Sequence record: SRR20825019_1295
Reading direction: 5' to 3' (one strand)
DNA length: 39,151 nucleotides
Part shown: piece after piece, positions 37,982 through 39,151 of the stretch
Layout of the letters: each line of letters opens with the position of its first letter
How positions within the stretch are numbered: the first letter of the stretch is position 1
The notes under the pieces: generated by a model
Database searches by the model: none
Seen by the model: the letters and a program-made list of their open reading frames with translations, nothing else
Told to the model about the DNA's origin: nothing
Made by a program: the position numbers and the translations under genes

Positions 37982-38030
37982 CTCGATTATGCTCGAACTG
38001 ACATCCATTGTCACATCGAGCGTAGTCGAG
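37982..38030. repeat. Tag-to-tag doublet of subfamily C palindromes
   Basis: CTCGATTATGCTCGAACTGAC-atccatt-GTCACATCGAGCGTAGTCGAG. Confidence 0.82.
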
Positions 38031-38055
38031 GTGCTTTTCATAATCATATAGAATA

Positions 38056-39117
38056 ATGAAAACTTTAGACATAAAAATAACCAAAGCAACAACTTCAAAA
38101 TTGGAGACTGTTGACATTAACAATATTCCATTAGGAAAAGCCTTTACAGATCATATGTTCATTTGTGACTTTGAGGATGGCGTTTGGAAAGACGCAAGAG
38201 TTGTTCCTCTAGACACCATACCAACACATCCAGCAGCAATGGCATTACATTATGGTCAGGCGATTTTTGAAGGTATGAAAGCAACGGTTGATGCAGATGG
38301 AAATCCGCAGTTGTTTAGACCAGCAGATAATGCAAAACGACTAAATTTTAGTGCTCGCCGCATGGGAATGCAAGAGATACCTGAAGAAATTTTTGTTGAA
38401 GGTTTAAAAGCACTTGTAAATATTGAACGTAACTGGATTCCAAAACAAGACGGTAGCACATTATATTTAAGACCATTTATGTATGCCGATGAGCCACATA
38501 TTGGTATGCGCGCCGCCACACATTACAAGTTCATAATTATAGCCACACCAGCAGGACCATTTTTTAAAGAACGCATAAAACTTTGGGCAGAAAAGCAATA
38601 CATACGTGCTGCAGCAGGTGGTACTGGCGAAGCTAAAGCGGCTGGAAATTATGCAGCGGCAATACGACCTACAGAGATAGCCAAGTCTAATGGCTACAAT
38701 CAAGTTTTATGGCTAGATGCACACGAGCACAAATACATTCAGGAAGTTGGGACAATGAACATCTTTTTCAAGATTGATGGTAAGTTTATTACACCAAAAC
38801 TTGATGGTTCTGTTTTAGACGGAATAACTCGAAAAAGTGTAATGACGTTGCTTAAAGATTTTGGATTTGATTTAACTGAACGTCGCATCACTATTGATGA
38901 AATAATTGAGGCAGAAAAAAATGGTACGCTTGAAGAAGCTTTCGGTACAGGAACTGCTGTAAATATTGCAATGATTGAAAGCATAGGTTATGATGGAGGA
39001 ACAATTCATGTCTCTGATGATAATCCTATAGGCGAGAAAGTAAACAATACCTTAGATGGCATTAAAACAGGTAAGGTTGAAGATAAATTTGACTGGATGT
39101 TGAAGGTGACAAAATAA
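38056..39117 (+). CDS. ilvE: Branched-chain amino acid aminotransferase
   Basis: LHYGQAIFEGMKA, LYLRP, KAAGNYA, EVGTMN, LDGITR, GTGTA. Confidence 0.92.
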   Translation: MKTLDIKITKATTSKLETVDINNIPLGKAFTDHMFICDFEDGVWKDARVVPLDTIPTHPAAMALHYGQAIFEGMKATVDADGNPQLFRPADNAKRLNFSARRMGMQEIPEEIFVEGLKALVNIERNWIPKQDGSTLYLRPFMYADEPHIGMRAATHYKFIIIATPAGPFFKERIKLWAEKQYIRAAAGGTGEAKAAGNYAAAIRPTEIAKSNGYNQVLWLDAHEHKYIQEVGTMNIFFKIDGKFITPKLDGSVLDGITRKSVMTLLKDFGFDLTERRITIDEIIEAEKNGTLEEAFGTGTAVNIAMIESIGYDGGTIHVSDDNPIGEKVNNTLDGIKTGKVEDKFDWMLKVTK

Positions 39118-39123
39118 CATTTT

Positions 39124-39149
39124 GTCATTCTGAACTTGATTCAGAATCT
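39124..39149 (+). repeat. GTCA-tagged palindrome, subfamily B
   Basis: GTCATTCTGAA-cttga-TTCAGAATCT. Confidence 0.85.
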
Positions 39150-39151
39150 CT

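Noticed and set aside
23442-39149. CRISPR array from the recurring palindromes
   Set aside because: Copies are dispersed between genes in both orientations, without regular spacers or cas genes.
1-39151. tRNA/rRNA genes or prophage
   Set aside because: None recognised; intergenic gaps are short and no phage genes were seen.

Overview
Low-GC Flavobacteriaceae (Bacteroidota) chromosomal window, judged from a T9SS cargo protein, TAnnTTTG promoters and gene content. The left half (1-18.5 kb) looks like core genome: SprT tail, manC, DUF389, T9SS protein, polyprenyl synthase, a GT2/CslA-like GT2/GT-C trio, a biotin operon (bioF-DUF2007-bioD-bioA plus a FabF-like condensing enzyme), MgtC, nhaA, DUF2975/XRE, a GH113 lipoprotein and a long-form phenylalanine hydroxylase. 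The right half (18.6-39.15 kb) is a phenylacetyl-CoA catabolic cluster (TetR, paaE-A-B-C-D-G-H-I-J-Z-crotonase-Y) with no paaK in view, followed by Lrp, 2-oxoacid dehydrogenase E2 and a branched-chain aminotransferase. This half carries guest genes (a DUF262+HEPN defence-like pair, a four-helix-bundle gene, a YpfJ peptidase, an SDR, a GIY-YIG nuclease, a membrane protein) and many small repeats that I did not see in the left half: about 15 GTCA-tagged REP-like hairpins in three subfamilies, 6/7-mer periodic tracts and a Flavo-1-like structured element. Top candidates: (1) a stand-alone GIY-YIG nuclease bracketed by inverted copies of the hairpin dispersed nearby, analogous to RAYT/REP; (2) an Avd/23S-IVP-like four-helix-bundle gene enclosed by inverted heptamer arrays that also supply the paaI start codon. 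All calls come from reading the sequence; no searches were run.
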